DNA of 64,000 nucleotides from a bacterium (lineage in GTDB: Bacteria > SZUA-79 > Acidulodesulfobacterales > Acidulodesulfobacteraceae), in contig JAKASO010000002.1 of assembly GCA_021818985.1 (NCBI GenBank), positions 43,383 through 107,382 of the forward strand. The letters run 5' to 3'. The stretch's first letter is position 1, and the number at the start of each line of letters is the position of its first letter. The translations under genes were made by a program, and so were the position numbers. The notes below the pieces were generated by a model, which saw only the letters and a program-made list of their open reading frames with translations, was not told the origin of the DNA and did not search any database. Shown here one piece after another: positions 31,059 through 41,877 of the stretch.

Positions 31059-32294
31059 TTATGATTTTGTCAAGTTTATCCTTGCTTTTAACCCGTTTTT
31101 TTTGGCACAGTCTATCAATGCCTCTATTCCGGGTAGTTTTTTTCCTTCAAGAAGTTCGAGGAAGGCTCCTCCGCCGGTAGATACATAAGACATTTTAGCA
31201 AATTCGCCGGCCCTGTGGAGCGCGACATCCGTATCTCCCCCGCCGACTATCGTTAAGGCATAAGTGTTTGCGACATTTGATACCATGGCAAAAGTTCCTC
31301 TGCTGAAGGCATCAAATTCAAAGACGCCCATAGGTCCGTTCCATACTATAGTTTTGGCGTTTTGGATGGCTTCCGAAAAAAGTGTTACCGTGGCAGGTCC
31401 TATATCCAAGGCGAGCCAGCCTTTAGGTATTTCTTGCACGGTGGTTACCTTTGTTTCGGCATCCGCCGTGAATTTATCCCCGACCACAACATCCACGGGA
31501 AGATAGAATTTTATCTTTTTTTTATTGATCCTTTCAAGCGTTTTTTCGGCATGCGGGATCATATCGTTTTCAACTACCGAGGAGCCTACATCGTAACCGA
31601 GGGCTTTTAAAAATGTGTTTGACATTGCCCCTCCTATGATCAATTTGTCAACCTTTTCAGCAAGGTTGGAGAGCACCTCGATCTTGCCCGAGACTTTAGC
31701 TCCCCCGATTATAGCGACAAATGGTTTCATAGGGTTTTCGATAGCCCTTCTGAAATAATTTAACTCTTTTCTGACGAGAAAACCCGCAGCGCAGGTATTT
31801 ACATATTTTGTAACTGCAACATTGGATGCGTGCGACCTGTGAGCCGTTGCAAAAGCATCGTTTACATATATATCGCAAAGGGAAGCAAGTTCTTTGCCGA
31901 AATTATCGTTATTTTCTGTTTCTTCGGAATGAAAACGCAGATTTTCCAGAAGTATAATATCGCCGTATGAAGCTGATCTTACCATGTTACCGACAATTTC
32001 GCCAATGCAGTCGTTTGCGAATTTAACTTCTTTATCAAGAAGGCGGCTTAATCTTTTTGCAACGACAAGAAGCGACAGTTCAGGTACACGCTTGCCTTCC
32101 GGTCTTCCCATATGCGATATTAGAACGATTTTGCTTTTTTCATCGAGACAATAATTGATTGTTGGAAGAAGCGCCCTAATGCGGGTGTCATCGGTTATAT
32201 TTCCGTTTGGATCAAGAGGAACGTTAAAATCCACTCTTATAAGCAGAGTTTTGTTTTTTATATCAATTTCATCTATATAAACGATATTATCCAT
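31059..32294 (-). CDS. pgk: Phosphoglycerate kinase
   Basis: RVDFNVPL, AIIGGAKVS and VSTGGGA motifs. Confidence 0.97.
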   Translation of the reverse strand: MDNIVYIDEIDIKNKTLLIRVDFNVPLDPNGNITDDTRIRALLPTINYCLDEKSKIVLISHMGRPEGKRVPELSLLVVAKRLSRLLDKEVKFANDCIGEIVGNMVRSASYGDIILLENLRFHSEETENNDNFGKELASLCDIYVNDAFATAHRSHASNVAVTKYVNTCAAGFLVRKELNYFRRAIENPMKPFVAIIGGAKVSGKIEVLSNLAEKVDKLIIGGAMSNTFLKALGYDVGSSVVENDMIPHAEKTLERINKKKIKFYLPVDVVVGDKFTADAETKVTTVQEIPKGWLALDIGPATVTLFSEAIQNAKTIVWNGPMGVFEFDAFSRGTFAMVSNVANTYALTIVGGGDTDVALHRAGEFAKMSYVSTGGGAFLELLEGKKLPGIEALIDCAKKNGLKARINLTKS

Positions 32295-32414
32295 TGTAAA
32301 TATTGTAAATAGATTTTAATTAAACATAAAAAAAGCCGGCATTAACCGATGACAGTTTTGTATTAAACCTGTAAGTCTAATTAAGCCTAACCGAATTATG
32401 CAAAGTTTTTTCCG

Positions 32415-33443
<1,029 letters not shown>

Positions 33444-33556
33444 TTATAGATTTTATAGAAAAGTCCGGGAGATATCGGTCATAGTCCCCACATAGATAAA
33501 TGGATGCGACCCGCCGAACCCCCCGGTTTTTTAGAATTGTTTTTAGAATTATTGAA

Positions 33557-34699
33557 TTACTTTTTCTTTTTGTGAAACGGCATTGGTCTACGATGTGGTG
33601 GCGGTGTTGGATGTGGTGATCTAAAACCTCCGCCTCCAAAGCCTCCTGGAGATGGTGCTGGTCCAGGATGTGGCGGTCTAAAGCCACTGAAACCTCTTGG
33701 AGACGGTGCTGGTGCCGGATGCGGTCTGCTAAAACCTCTGAAGCCTCCGGGTGACGGTGCTGGTGCCGGATGCGGTCCTCTAAAACCTCCAAAGCCTCCT
33801 GGAGATGGTGCTGGTCCAGGATGTGGCGGTCTAAAGCCACTGAAACCTCTTGGAGACGGTGCTGGTGCCGGATGCGGCGGTCTAAAGCCTCTAAAACTTG
33901 GAGACGGTGCTGGTCCAGGATGTGACGGTCTAAAACCTCCGGGAGTTACATGCCTTAGCGGCATCGCAGGGGGCCTGCTGTGGAGTTTAATGCCTCTTCC
34001 TATCATTGCCGGGGGAGCGGTCATTCTTTGTCGTATGCTTGGGGGAAGATGAATCTGTCGTCTCAGACTCACAGGAACCGTTGCCCTAAAATTGGGATGC
34101 TCTCTGACAAACCTGGGATCACGGGCTACGAACGTGTTAAAATGGTTCCGGAAATATCTCATTCTCCGAGCCCTTCTCCAAGCAAAGATGTTTCTACGAA
34201 CCCCCCACCGATTGTAGGTTACATTGTAGTAATTGTTAATTGTAACATGATTTACCCATACATTATAATTTACGACATATGCGGAATTCATAGACCACCA
34301 GTAAGGATGGTAAACTTGCCACCATGGGGCGTAATACTCATACCACCATGCATAGTACGGCTGGTATATAACTACCGGAGGCGGAGGACCATAAACCAGA
34401 ACGGGCGGAAGAACAATTGCCTGGGGTATGGGATACCAGGGTCCGTAGTAGTAGTTTGAATATACCCATCCGCCGTTAACCCACATGTAATAGTAGCCGT
34501 TAGTCCCGTAAATGTAACTTGAGTAATTAGGTATCCAATAAGCGTTAACGCCTCCGACAAATGAAAAAGCAACGCTGGGCACGCCGATACTCACGCTTAT
34601 AAAGCCTTGGCCATAAGCCCGGGAATTATTTGAAGGGTACTCGCCAAGCATAATTGCAAGAAACATAACGGATATCAGAAAAACAAATATGCGTTTCAT
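33557..34699 (-). CDS. Secreted protein with a Y/W/N-rich N-terminal region and a Pro/Gly-rich 17-aa tandem-repeat C-terminus
   Basis: Signal peptide from the ATG at 34699 (MKRIFVFLISVMFLAIMLG), with GAGG upstream. The C-terminal third consists of GFRPPHP(G/A)PAPSP(G/R)GF units and ends in a KKKK tail. Confidence 0.6.
   Translation of the reverse strand: MKRIFVFLISVMFLAIMLGEYPSNNSRAYGQGFISVSIGVPSVAFSFVGGVNAYWIPNYSSYIYGTNGYYYMWVNGGWVYSNYYYGPWYPIPQAIVLPPVLVYGPPPPVVIYQPYYAWWYEYYAPWWQVYHPYWWSMNSAYVVNYNVWVNHVTINNYYNVTYNRWGVRRNIFAWRRARRMRYFRNHFNTFVARDPRFVREHPNFRATVPVSLRRQIHLPPSIRQRMTAPPAMIGRGIKLHSRPPAMPLRHVTPGGFRPSHPGPAPSPSFRGFRPPHPAPAPSPRGFSGFRPPHPGPAPSPGGFGGFRGPHPAPAPSPGGFRGFSRPHPAPAPSPRGFSGFRPPHPGPAPSPGGFGGGGFRSPHPTPPPHRRPMPFHKKKK
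33590..33960 (-). repeat. In-frame coding tandem repeats (51-nt unit, 153-nt higher-order unit)
   Basis: The 92-nt block 33633-33724 recurs exactly at 33786-33877, and degenerate 51-nt units flank both copies. Confidence 0.85.
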
Positions 34700-35125
34700 T
34701 TTTTTTACCTCATTAAAATTTTCATACATTAAATTTAAATAATTTACATTATATCAACATTATTATATCAAATATTAATCTATAAGGTTATTTTTTATAA
34801 TAAACGCAATTATATTACCTTTTATATTATATCTCTATTATATAATAATTCAAGAAATTTTGAACAGGGCATAAAAGATTTATCTTTTCCGGAAACAATT
34901 AATATAATATAATATAATTATAAACAAATATAATAAAATATAATATTAAGATTGCGGAAATAACGATAATTTTAGGCCTGCGGAGTATGCCACTGTGGAT
35001 GAACGCAATAGCTCTTGCTATAGCCTAAAAAGCAGCCATACAGCGAAACAGGAAACCTCTCAATTTATTGAGGGGTAGTTCACAATGGCAAACAGAATAG
35101 TAAATTAATAAAGCAGGAGACGTTT

Positions 35126-35791
35126 ATGTATAGCTATAAAAGCATTAATTTAAAAAGGATCGCACATGATTGTTTTTTGGTTTCCGACGGCAAGATCAAT
35201 GTCTATTTCGATCCGTTCAGAGTTGAAGAAGAACTTCCTAAAGCTGATTATATTTTTGTGACGCATGAGCATTTCGACCATTTTTCTTTAAGTGATATTA
35301 AAAAAATCATCAAAGATTCGACAGTTTTATTTATGAATAAAATGACCCATAAGGAATTGGACAAAAAACTGTCCAATAAGGTGATTACAGTCGAACCTAT
35401 GGAATCGTTAGATTATGAAGGCATGCATATCGAAGGGTTTCCGGCATATAATACCAACAAGTTCAGAGAGCCGGGGAAGGTTTTTCATCCTAAAGAAGAC
35501 AAAAAACTTGGTTTTATTGTTACCGTAAGCGGAGTAAAAATATATCATACCGGTGATTCCGATCATATACCTGAAATGGATAGGCTTAAGGATAAAGGCA
35601 TTGATATCTTACTCATTCCCGTTAGCGGTATTTATGTAATGACGGCAGAAGAAGCAGCCGAAGCCGCTTCTACCATTGCTCCTGTTGTTTCCATTCCCAT
35701 GCATTACGGGGCAATAGCAGGGGATATTTCTAATGCGGAGAAATTCAGGAAAATTTTACAAACAAAGGGTCGCAAAGTAGATATAATATAA
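35126..35791 (+). CDS. MBL-fold metal-dependent hydrolase (UPF0173-like)
   Basis: THEHFDH metal-binding motif, HTGDS, a late PMHYG. Confidence 0.8.
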   Translation: MYSYKSINLKRIAHDCFLVSDGKINVYFDPFRVEEELPKADYIFVTHEHFDHFSLSDIKKIIKDSTVLFMNKMTHKELDKKLSNKVITVEPMESLDYEGMHIEGFPAYNTNKFREPGKVFHPKEDKKLGFIVTVSGVKIYHTGDSDHIPEMDRLKDKGIDILLIPVSGIYVMTAEEAAEAASTIAPVVSIPMHYGAIAGDISNAEKFRKILQTKGRKVDII

Positions 35792-35831
35792 TTTTCTTAT
35801 TTTATTATTTATTGCTTTTTGTTTTGTTTTG

Positions 35832-35917
35832 TGGTGCCGAAGGCCGGAATCGAACCGGCACGGATATTCTCCACCACCCCCTCAAGATGGCGTGTCTACC
35901 AATTCCACCACTTCGGC
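35832..35917 (-). tRNA. tRNA-Leu (anticodon GAG), CCA encoded
   Basis: Reverse complement GCCGAAG-TG-GTGGAATTGGTAGACACG-CCATC-TTGAGGG-GGTGG-long variable arm-GCCGGTTCGATTCCGGC-CTTCGGC-ACCA. 86 nt cloverleaf with a class II variable arm. Confidence 0.92.
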
Positions 35918-35924
35918 GATATAT

Positions 35925-36263
35925 TTATTTTTTAGCAGCTGCGGCTTCAGGTTTGTTTCTTGGGGCGGTCATATTTTTAACCGCTATGGGCTTTGCGGTT
36001 TTTTTGATATAGCTTTTAATAGCAATTGGGTTAGATTGTTTAGCAGATATATAAGTTATCAAAAAAGCTGATCCTAAGAAGATTATAGCTAGAACTGCAG
36101 TGGTTTTTGTAAGAAAGTTTCCGGCGCCGGATGCGCCAAATATTGTCTGGCTGCTTCCTCCGAAAACGGCGCCCATTTCCTGTCCTTTGCCCTGCTGCAT
36201 TAGAATGACTATTACCAAAAATACTGCTGATACTATTAATATAATGGTTAAAAATGCAATCAT
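35925..36263 (-). CDS. secG: Preprotein translocase subunit SecG
   Basis: LVIVILMQQGKG...GGSSQTIFGASGAGNFLTKTT signature. It is followed by tRNA-Leu, as in many bacteria. Confidence 0.9.
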   Translation of the reverse strand: MIAFLTIILIVSAVFLVIVILMQQGKGQEMGAVFGGSSQTIFGASGAGNFLTKTTAVLAIIFLGSAFLITYISAKQSNPIAIKSYIKKTAKPIAVKNMTAPRNKPEAAAAKK

Positions 36264-36311
36264 AATGTTAATATATTATAAGAATGCTTTATAAAAGTCA
36301 AATTTAATTTA

Positions 36312-36908
36312 TTAATTTTTTTCAAAGTTATAGCCGCGTGTTTTAGTAATCTTTTTATATGTTAAAAGTGCGATTTTTGCGAAGCCGTAACCAAGAATAC
36401 CCCCGGCAATAACATCAAGCGGATAATGCTCTCCGTCGTATACTCTTGAAAAAGCGACGATGCATGCAAGTATGTAAAATATCTTGTAATGTTTCGGGAA
36501 AAAATAAGCAAGGGCGACCGCTAAAGAAAATGCGGTCGTTGAATGTCCAGATGGAAAAGAATGTTCGGTAAGATGCCTTCCAAGCAAATCAACATGAACC
36601 GCCCCCTTAAGTATAAGTTTGTGAAGCGCTACTATGGGGCGGGGTCTGTTTATGAGCCTTTTAATAATAATGTCGAATATTCCTGGAACCAGTTGGGTTA
36701 AAAACAGAACAAAGAACGATAGCTTAAATTTTGATCTGTTATATATATAAACATATAGCAGGACAATCCAGTACGCGACCCATCCGTTTCCAAGAAAGGT
36801 AACCGCCCTCATGTTTTCGTTGAGGATAGAAAAGTGAAAATTATTGTTGATAAGTAAAAATAAAACCGTGTCTAAATGAAGGATATGATAAAAGGTATAG
36901 CGCAACAT
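36312..36908 (-). CDS. PAP2-family lipid phosphatase
   Basis: KRLINRPRP, PSGHS and SRVYDGEHYPLDV acid-phosphatase motifs. Multiple transmembrane segments. Confidence 0.8.
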   Translation of the reverse strand: MLRYTFYHILHLDTVLFLLINNNFHFSILNENMRAVTFLGNGWVAYWIVLLYVYIYNRSKFKLSFFVLFLTQLVPGIFDIIIKRLINRPRPIVALHKLILKGAVHVDLLGRHLTEHSFPSGHSTTAFSLAVALAYFFPKHYKIFYILACIVAFSRVYDGEHYPLDVIAGGILGYGFAKIALLTYKKITKTRGYNFEKN

Positions 36909-37045
36909 GAAATTTAAGATCTATTTTCGTTTCGGTTAAAAGTAATTTTTGGAATTTTTATATTGTTGGTATATAATTCTATAAGAAACCTTTTTTATTT
37001 GCAAGGAAAGTCCAAAAAATACGTGAAAAGGAGGCGTAAGTACTT

Positions 37046-39565
37046 ATGCAGGCAATTATAATGGCCGGCGGGTTCGGAACGAGGCTAAAGCCTTTAACCA
37101 ACAATACGCCTAAACCTATGATCCATGTTGCAAACCGCCCGATGATGGAACATGTCGTTAATCTCCTGAAAAAGAATTCCATTATTGATATGATCATACT
37201 TCTTTTAGTTCAACCCGATGTTATAACGGGTTATTTTAAGGACGGAAAATATTTCGGCATAAATATTAAGTATGTTCAAGCGGAAGAAGATTATGGTACG
37301 GCAGGAGCGGTTAAAAATGTCGGAAAATTTATCGAAGGCGACGATTTTCTTGTAATTAGTGCCGATATTATTACCGACCTCGATCTTGCTAAGGCGATAA
37401 GTTTTCATAAGGAAAAAAATTCGGATGCGACGATAGTTCTTACAAAGGTGGAAAACCCTCTTCCTTACGGTATAGTTATTACGGATAACGAATCCAAGAT
37501 AACGAAGTTTCTTGAAAAACCGACATGGTCGGAGGTTTTTAGCGATACGGTAAATACGGGTATTTACATTCTAAAAAAGGACATTCTTACGATGATCCCG
37601 GAAAAAAAGGAATTTGATTTCTCGCAAAACCTTTTTCCTACCTTGCTTAAGGAAGGATTGAATTTATACGGTTATATTTCTGCTGGTTACTGGAAAGATG
37701 TGGGTACTTTATCGGAATACAGGCAGAGCCATCTCGATATAATTTCCGGTAAGGTCAATTTGTCCATCGAGGGCACTTTTTTAGGCGAAAAGAACATAAG
37801 GATTGCCGACGGAAGCATTATAGATATAACTTCGGATGTAGAAAATTCAATCTTTGGAAAGAATGTAAAAGTAATGCAGAACTGCATAATAAAAAACTGC
37901 ACGATAGGCGATAATGTCATGATAGGCGAAGGCACTTCTATCAGCGGCTCGGTCATAGGGAAATCTTCACATATAGGTTCGGGATGCGATATTCAGGAAG
38001 CGATATTAGGATTTAAATCACAAATCGAAAATCGTGTTTTTATCGGAACTGGTGCGGTCATTTCGGATATCTGCCACATAGGCGAGGGTGCAATTATCAA
38101 TCCGAATGTGAAAATTTGGCCGTTTAAAAAAATAGAAGACGGTTCTATACTTTCGGAAAGCCTGATCTGGTCGGATAAATGGAGTGCAAAGATTTTTGGT
38201 CAGTATGGTGTAATCGGTCTTGCAAATTTTGAAATAACTCCGGAATTTTCATCTCGGTTAGGGTCGGCTTTTGCCGCCACTATCGGAAAAAACAGAACGA
38301 TATCCGTTTCGAGGGATAATCATAAAATATCGAGGCTGTTTTCAAGGGCTATAATGTCCGGCGTTCTTTCAGTTGGCGTAAATGTGAACGATTTTAGCGA
38401 TATGCCGATATCGGTCGTTAGATATCAGGCAAGGCAATATAATAGTTTCGGCGGTATCCATATAAGAAAACATCCTTTTGATAAAAGGCTGATAAATATT
38501 AAGTTCTTTGACTCAAACGGGCTTGATTTATCCCCTTCCAACGAGCAAAAGATCGAAAGATTATTTTTCAGGGAAGATTTTATTCGCGTAAGTTCGGAAG
38601 ATGCGGGAGAAATTAGTTACCCGACCCATGGCATAGAATATTATACCGACGGATTTTTAGGTACTATAGATATAGATAAAATAGCAAAAAGGGGATTTAA
38701 GATTGTAATTGATTATTCTTACGGAAGCGCAAGCAGGATTTTTCCTGCCATTATCGGAAAGTTAGGGATAGACGCAATTCATTTAAATGCTAATATTGAC
38801 CAGACAAAGATAACGAAAACCGATAAAGAATTCAAGAAGTCGCTTAAGGATCTTTCAAATATAGTTAAGTCTATTGGCGCTGATTTTGGCATATTTATGG
38901 ATAACGGCGCCGAAAAGATATATATATGCGATGAGGCCGGTGAAATAATAAACGGCAATACCGCTCTTTCCCTTATAAGCCTTCTTGTAATGAAGACCGA
39001 AAAGGCTTCTAAGATCATTGCTGTTCCGGTCAATTCTTCATTTAATATACAAAAGCTAGCTCAAGACCATGGTTTTGAGGTAATAGCGACAAAAAATTTC
39101 TCCAACGCCTTAATGGACAAGGCGGCAAATGCCGCTATCTGTTTTTCGGGAGACAACGAAGGCGGCTATATTTATCCTGTTTTTCAACCAGTTTTTGACG
39201 GGATGTATTCGATAATAAAGCTTCTTGAAATGCTTGCAAAATTAGATACAACCATCAAGAATGAACTAAGGTTTGTTGAGCCTAGTTTTCTTGAATACAA
39301 AACTGTTCCTTGTCCGACAGAATTTAAGGGTTTTATAATGCGAAAGTTTATTGAAAAATACGAGGAGGAAAACAGCTCATTTGTGGACGGCATAAAATTA
39401 TTTAAAGGTTGCGGATGGGTTTTGACATATCCCGCGGCTGAAGGAGCATACTTCGAAATATTTTCCGAATCCAAGGATAAACCAGAAGCGCTTGAATTAA
39501 TCAAACGGTTTAACGACGATATAGAGGAATGGAAACATGAAAGAAGCCTTAGCTTTGCATCATAA
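37046..39565 (+). CDS. Fusion protein: sugar-1-phosphate nucleotidyltransferase, left-handed beta-helix and a PGM/PMM-like domain
   Basis: N-terminal MAGGFGTRLKPLT. Hexapeptide repeats in the middle. The C-terminal PGM-like fold has GGIHIRKHPFD in place of the TASHNP phosphoserine loop. Confidence 0.8.
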   Translation: MQAIIMAGGFGTRLKPLTNNTPKPMIHVANRPMMEHVVNLLKKNSIIDMIILLLVQPDVITGYFKDGKYFGINIKYVQAEEDYGTAGAVKNVGKFIEGDDFLVISADIITDLDLAKAISFHKEKNSDATIVLTKVENPLPYGIVITDNESKITKFLEKPTWSEVFSDTVNTGIYILKKDILTMIPEKKEFDFSQNLFPTLLKEGLNLYGYISAGYWKDVGTLSEYRQSHLDIISGKVNLSIEGTFLGEKNIRIADGSIIDITSDVENSIFGKNVKVMQNCIIKNCTIGDNVMIGEGTSISGSVIGKSSHIGSGCDIQEAILGFKSQIENRVFIGTGAVISDICHIGEGAIINPNVKIWPFKKIEDGSILSESLIWSDKWSAKIFGQYGVIGLANFEITPEFSSRLGSAFAATIGKNRTISVSRDNHKISRLFSRAIMSGVLSVGVNVNDFSDMPISVVRYQARQYNSFGGIHIRKHPFDKRLINIKFFDSNGLDLSPSNEQKIERLFFREDFIRVSSEDAGEISYPTHGIEYYTDGFLGTIDIDKIAKRGFKIVIDYSYGSASRIFPAIIGKLGIDAIHLNANIDQTKITKTDKEFKKSLKDLSNIVKSIGADFGIFMDNGAEKIYICDEAGEIINGNTALSLISLLVMKTEKASKIIAVPVNSSFNIQKLAQDHGFEVIATKNFSNALMDKAANAAICFSGDNEGGYIYPVFQPVFDGMYSIIKLLEMLAKLDTTIKNELRFVEPSFLEYKTVPCPTEFKGFIMRKFIEKYEEENSSFVDGIKLFKGCGWVLTYPAAEGAYFEIFSESKDKPEALELIKRFNDDIEEWKHERSLSFAS

Positions 39566-41060
39566 GGAATTAAAAGAAATCTGGTTTGGAACGTCGGGCT
39601 GGCGAGGCATTATTGCCGATGATTTTACTTATGATAATGTTAAAATCGCCTCTCAGGCAATATGTGATTTTTTAAAGGAAAAATATCAATATAATAATAC
39701 AGGCAAAGGCAGTAAGAATGATAATAATTTATTTAAGATCATCATAGGTTACGATACAAGGTTTTTATCCGAGGAATTTGCAAAATGTTCGGCGGGGGTT
39801 TTTTGTGCCAATGGTTTTCATGTTTTATTCTGCGATAGTTTTACTCCTACTCCAGTCATATCCGTAGCGATACTTAAAGATAAAACACTTGGAGCTGTTA
39901 ATATCACCGCAAGCCATAACCCTTATAATTATAACGGGCTTAAGTTCTCGCCCGACTGGGGTGGTCCCGCCCTTCCGGAAGATACCAAAATTATTACCGA
40001 AAAAGCCAATGATCATCTTCTGAAAAATTCCTTTTATAGGTTTATGGGGTATGAGGAGGCTAAAGCCGCTTCTTTATTGCAGGAAATAAACTATATAGAT
40101 CATTACATAAATTTAATGGCAAAAAAGATAGATCTTTCAATGATAGCTGGCAATAAAAACCTTCATGCCGTTATAGATCCGCTGCACGGCACGGGGGCGA
40201 GGGTTATAAGCAAGATATTAGAAAAAGAAAAAAGCGAAATAATATATACCGAAATAAACTCAAACAGGGACGCATTCTTTGGAGAAGGGAAGGCGCCAGA
40301 TCCGTCGGATAAAAATCTAGGGGTTTTAAAATCCACGGTTAAAAAATATAACCGTAATAATCCCGGCTTTTCCGCGATTGGAATAGCTACGGATGGAGAT
40401 GCGGACAGATACGGCATTATAGACGAAGACGGAACATTCGTAGAACCCAATATGATTTTTTCTTTACTTTATAATTATTATATTCTTAAGAAAAATATCA
40501 AGGGCGATGTGGCAAGAAGTGTCGCTACGACCGCTTTAGTTGACAGAGTGGCAAGGCATTACGGATTTAAAGTTTATGAAACTCCAGTTGGATTTAAGTA
40601 TCTTGGAAAATTAATAGCCGAAAAAAAGGTCATTATGGCTGGAGAAGAATCATCCGGACTTACAGTAATAGGACACACTCCCGACAAAGACGGGATACTG
40701 GCATGCCTTTTAGTTCTTGAAATGGTTTCTTGCTATAAAAAACCATTAACGGTTATAATAAAAGAGTTTCTTGAAAAATTCGGTCCTATATTTACAAAAA
40801 GGATCAATGAGCCGGTTGATAAGGAAAGATTTAAGGCAACGATTGATAAAAAAATGGAAGCATTTCCAGATGTTTTTGAAGGCAAAAGGGTTATAAACAA
40901 AAGCTATATAGACGGTTATAAGATCTTTTTCGATGACGATTCATGGCTTTTAGCGAGACTTTCCGGAACCGAAAACCTTATGCGGATATACGGCGAAGCG
41001 GATACCGGTGAAACTTTGAACTCGTTAATGTCGTTTTTTAAGAACTATCTTTTAAGTTAA
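39537..41060 (+). CDS. Phosphoglucomutase/phosphomannomutase
   Basis: Intact ITASHNPYNYNGLKF phosphoserine loop, DGDADR Mg site, GEESSG sugar-binding loop. Confidence 0.88.
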   Translation: MKEALALHHKELKEIWFGTSGWRGIIADDFTYDNVKIASQAICDFLKEKYQYNNTGKGSKNDNNLFKIIIGYDTRFLSEEFAKCSAGVFCANGFHVLFCDSFTPTPVISVAILKDKTLGAVNITASHNPYNYNGLKFSPDWGGPALPEDTKIITEKANDHLLKNSFYRFMGYEEAKAASLLQEINYIDHYINLMAKKIDLSMIAGNKNLHAVIDPLHGTGARVISKILEKEKSEIIYTEINSNRDAFFGEGKAPDPSDKNLGVLKSTVKKYNRNNPGFSAIGIATDGDADRYGIIDEDGTFVEPNMIFSLLYNYYILKKNIKGDVARSVATTALVDRVARHYGFKVYETPVGFKYLGKLIAEKKVIMAGEESSGLTVIGHTPDKDGILACLLVLEMVSCYKKPLTVIIKEFLEKFGPIFTKRINEPVDKERFKATIDKKMEAFPDVFEGKRVINKSYIDGYKIFFDDDSWLLARLSGTENLMRIYGEADTGETLNSLMSFFKNYLLS

Positions 41061-41066
41061 TTAATT

Positions 41067-41092
41067 AAGGGGGGCAGGGGCTTACCCCCCTT
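41067..41092 (+). terminator. GC-rich hairpin after the PGM gene (terminator-like, weak U-tract)
   Basis: AAGGGGGG (41067-74) and CCCCCCTT (41085-92) with a 10-nt loop. Confidence 0.3.
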
Positions 41093-41199
41093 GAATCTCC
41101 AACACATTATTAATAAAATTAATAAATTATATAAATTAAATATAACATAATTATTCGTAAGGAAAATATAATGCCGGGTGAAAATAAAGGGAGAAAATA

Positions 41200-41862
41200 G
41201 TGCGCTTTATAACCATACCTGCAGGAGCGTTTGAAGTAAATACTTATCTTGTATGGGACAATAAAAATGAGGATAAGAATAAGATGAAAGATGGTTTTAT
41301 TATTGATCCCGGTGGACAGGAAAAAAGAATTGAAAAATTAGTTGAAGAAAATAGCATTAATTTAAGATTTATCTTAAATACGCACTGCCACATAGATCAT
41401 GTGGCTATGGACAATTATTTCAAGAAAAAATTCAATATTCCGCTGTACGCAAATAAAGAAGAAGAAATTATCCTTGCTAATTTAAAGGATCAGGCGGAGT
41501 ATCTCGGTTTAGATTTTAAAGAAGATGTCGTTATTGATAAATATCTCATAGAAGGTGAAATCATTAATGCGGGCAGCATTAGGATTAAACCTATTTTTAC
41601 CCCGGGACATTCCCCCGGAAGTACGTCTTTTTTAATGGACGAAGGCTATCTGTTTTCTGGCGATACGCTTTTTAAACAGACGATAGGGCGCACCGATCTG
41701 TTAGGAGGGTCTTTCGATAAGATAATAGATTCGATAAAAAACAGGCTTTTTTTGCTCAATGATGATGTGGTGGTCCTGCCGGGACACGGGGATAAAACTA
41801 CCATAAGGTATGAGAAAAGAAACAATGCATATCTTTACGGGCATAATCATAATAATAAATAA
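41200..41862 (+). CDS. MBL-fold hydrolase (glyoxalase II-like)
   Basis: THCHIDH motif, TPGHSPGS, GDTLF...GRTDL. Confidence 0.85.
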   Translation: MRFITIPAGAFEVNTYLVWDNKNEDKNKMKDGFIIDPGGQEKRIEKLVEENSINLRFILNTHCHIDHVAMDNYFKKKFNIPLYANKEEEIILANLKDQAEYLGLDFKEDVVIDKYLIEGEIINAGSIRIKPIFTPGHSPGSTSFLMDEGYLFSGDTLFKQTIGRTDLLGGSFDKIIDSIKNRLFLLNDDVVVLPGHGDKTTIRYEKRNNAYLYGHNHNNK

Positions 41863-41877
41863 TAATAATAATAATAA

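Noticed and set aside
34951-35090. Assigning the GC-rich island to a cobalamin riboswitch or SRP RNA
   Set aside because: It contains GCCACTGT and ACAGGAAACCT, which resemble parts of the B12 element, and AGCAGCC, which resembles SRP helix 8. It lacks the GGTG..AA..CC and CCCGC cobalamin core and the GNRA-capped SRP helix. The evidence is insufficient for either call.
35812-36071. Two overlapping + strand ORFs (66 and 80 aa)
   Set aside because: They overlap the minus-strand tRNA-Leu (35832-35917) and secG. They are artefacts of translating a tRNA gene and the antisense strand of a real CDS.
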